From positions 62,750 through 126,749 of the forward strand of contig CAYHPL010000004.1 of NCBI GenBank assembly GCA_964358705.1: 64,000 nt of DNA. The letters are read 5' to 3'. The translations under genes were made by a program, and so were the position numbers. Shown piece after piece: positions 63,892 to 64,000 of this stretch. Numbering within the stretch: position 1 is the stretch's first letter; every line of letters starts with the position of its first letter. The notes below the pieces were generated by a model. It did not search any database and was not told the origin of the DNA. It saw nothing but the letters and a program-made list of their open reading frames with translations. This DNA is from an uncultured Chitinophagales bacterium. Lineage in GTDB: Bacteria > Bacteroidota > Ignavibacteria > UBA10030 > F1-140-MAGs086.

Positions 63892-64000
63892 TAATAATAT
63901 TGTAAAATTGCGGGTTAAAAATACGCGAAATTGCAAGAATACCAAAAACAATGCACGTGTTATTCATTGCAGAATGGTTTCTATTTCTTTTTTCGCAATT

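Noticed and set aside
63964-64000. Partial minus-strand ORF end (...IAKKEIETILQ*) at the right edge
   Set aside because: Only ~11 codons are visible, too little to support a call.
1-64000. Mobile genetic elements, rRNA or tRNA genes flanking the duplicated or AT-rich segments
   Set aside because: No transposase, integrase or recombinase-like translation appears in the ORF track. I noticed no terminal inverted repeats bounding the segments and no tRNA-like or rRNA-like sequence. The duplication and the AT-rich operon therefore cannot be tied to a recognisable mobile element from this window alone.

Overview
64-kb window from a moderately AT-rich bacterium, probably in the FCB superphylum (Ignavibacteriota/Bacteroidota-like). 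This placement rests on 12 proteins ending in the T9SS C-terminal sorting domain pattern 'NYPNPFNP...GxYFYRL...KKMMLMK'. I support 35 protein-coding genes. I saw no rRNA, tRNA, CRISPR array, transposase or integrase. Layout: (i) the left edge carries the 3' part of a Type I R-M hsdR, followed by a T9SS cargo gene and a small SAM-methyltransferase. (ii) 4.7-37.4 kb is a 32.7-kb block of 17 genes, all on the minus strand. It holds two diverged copies of a two-gene BNR/Asp-box cargo cassette, a 1642-aa beta-helix cargo, a receiver-only response regulator, two paralogous Reg_prop/Y_Y_Y sensor kinases (one paired with a LytTR regulator, one with a NarL regulator), and a tandem trio of giant cargo proteins. 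(iii) 37.6-57.8 kb is mostly housekeeping: a fused GltD/NfnB-PyrK/NfnA-like oxidoreductase, a hybrid kinase, a CXXCH membrane protein, an LVIVD/SdrD cargo, a secreted endonuclease I, rnhA, pepA, nrnA and korAB. (iv) 57.9-63.1 kb is an AT-rich three-gene operon (papain-fold lipoprotein, secreted repeat protein, 1105-aa cargo), followed by ccdA. Most interesting observations: (a) five giant cargo proteins with unrelated heads share an unrecognised ~260-aa Lys-rich module just before the CTD, and their 3' ends show mosaic identical nucleotide tracts; (b) in the duplicated BNR cassette, a ~240-bp upstream block including a 10-bp x4 tandem repeat is far better conserved than the coding sequence and sits directly downstream of a LytTR two-component system; (c) a hicB/hicA-like toxin-antitoxin pair is inserted between korA and korB; (d) a 7x ~64-aa repeat with a basic 'AGNKYEV.VRRGSK..KT' motif lies inside the beta-helix protein. 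All domain calls come from motifs read in the translations. No database search was possible.
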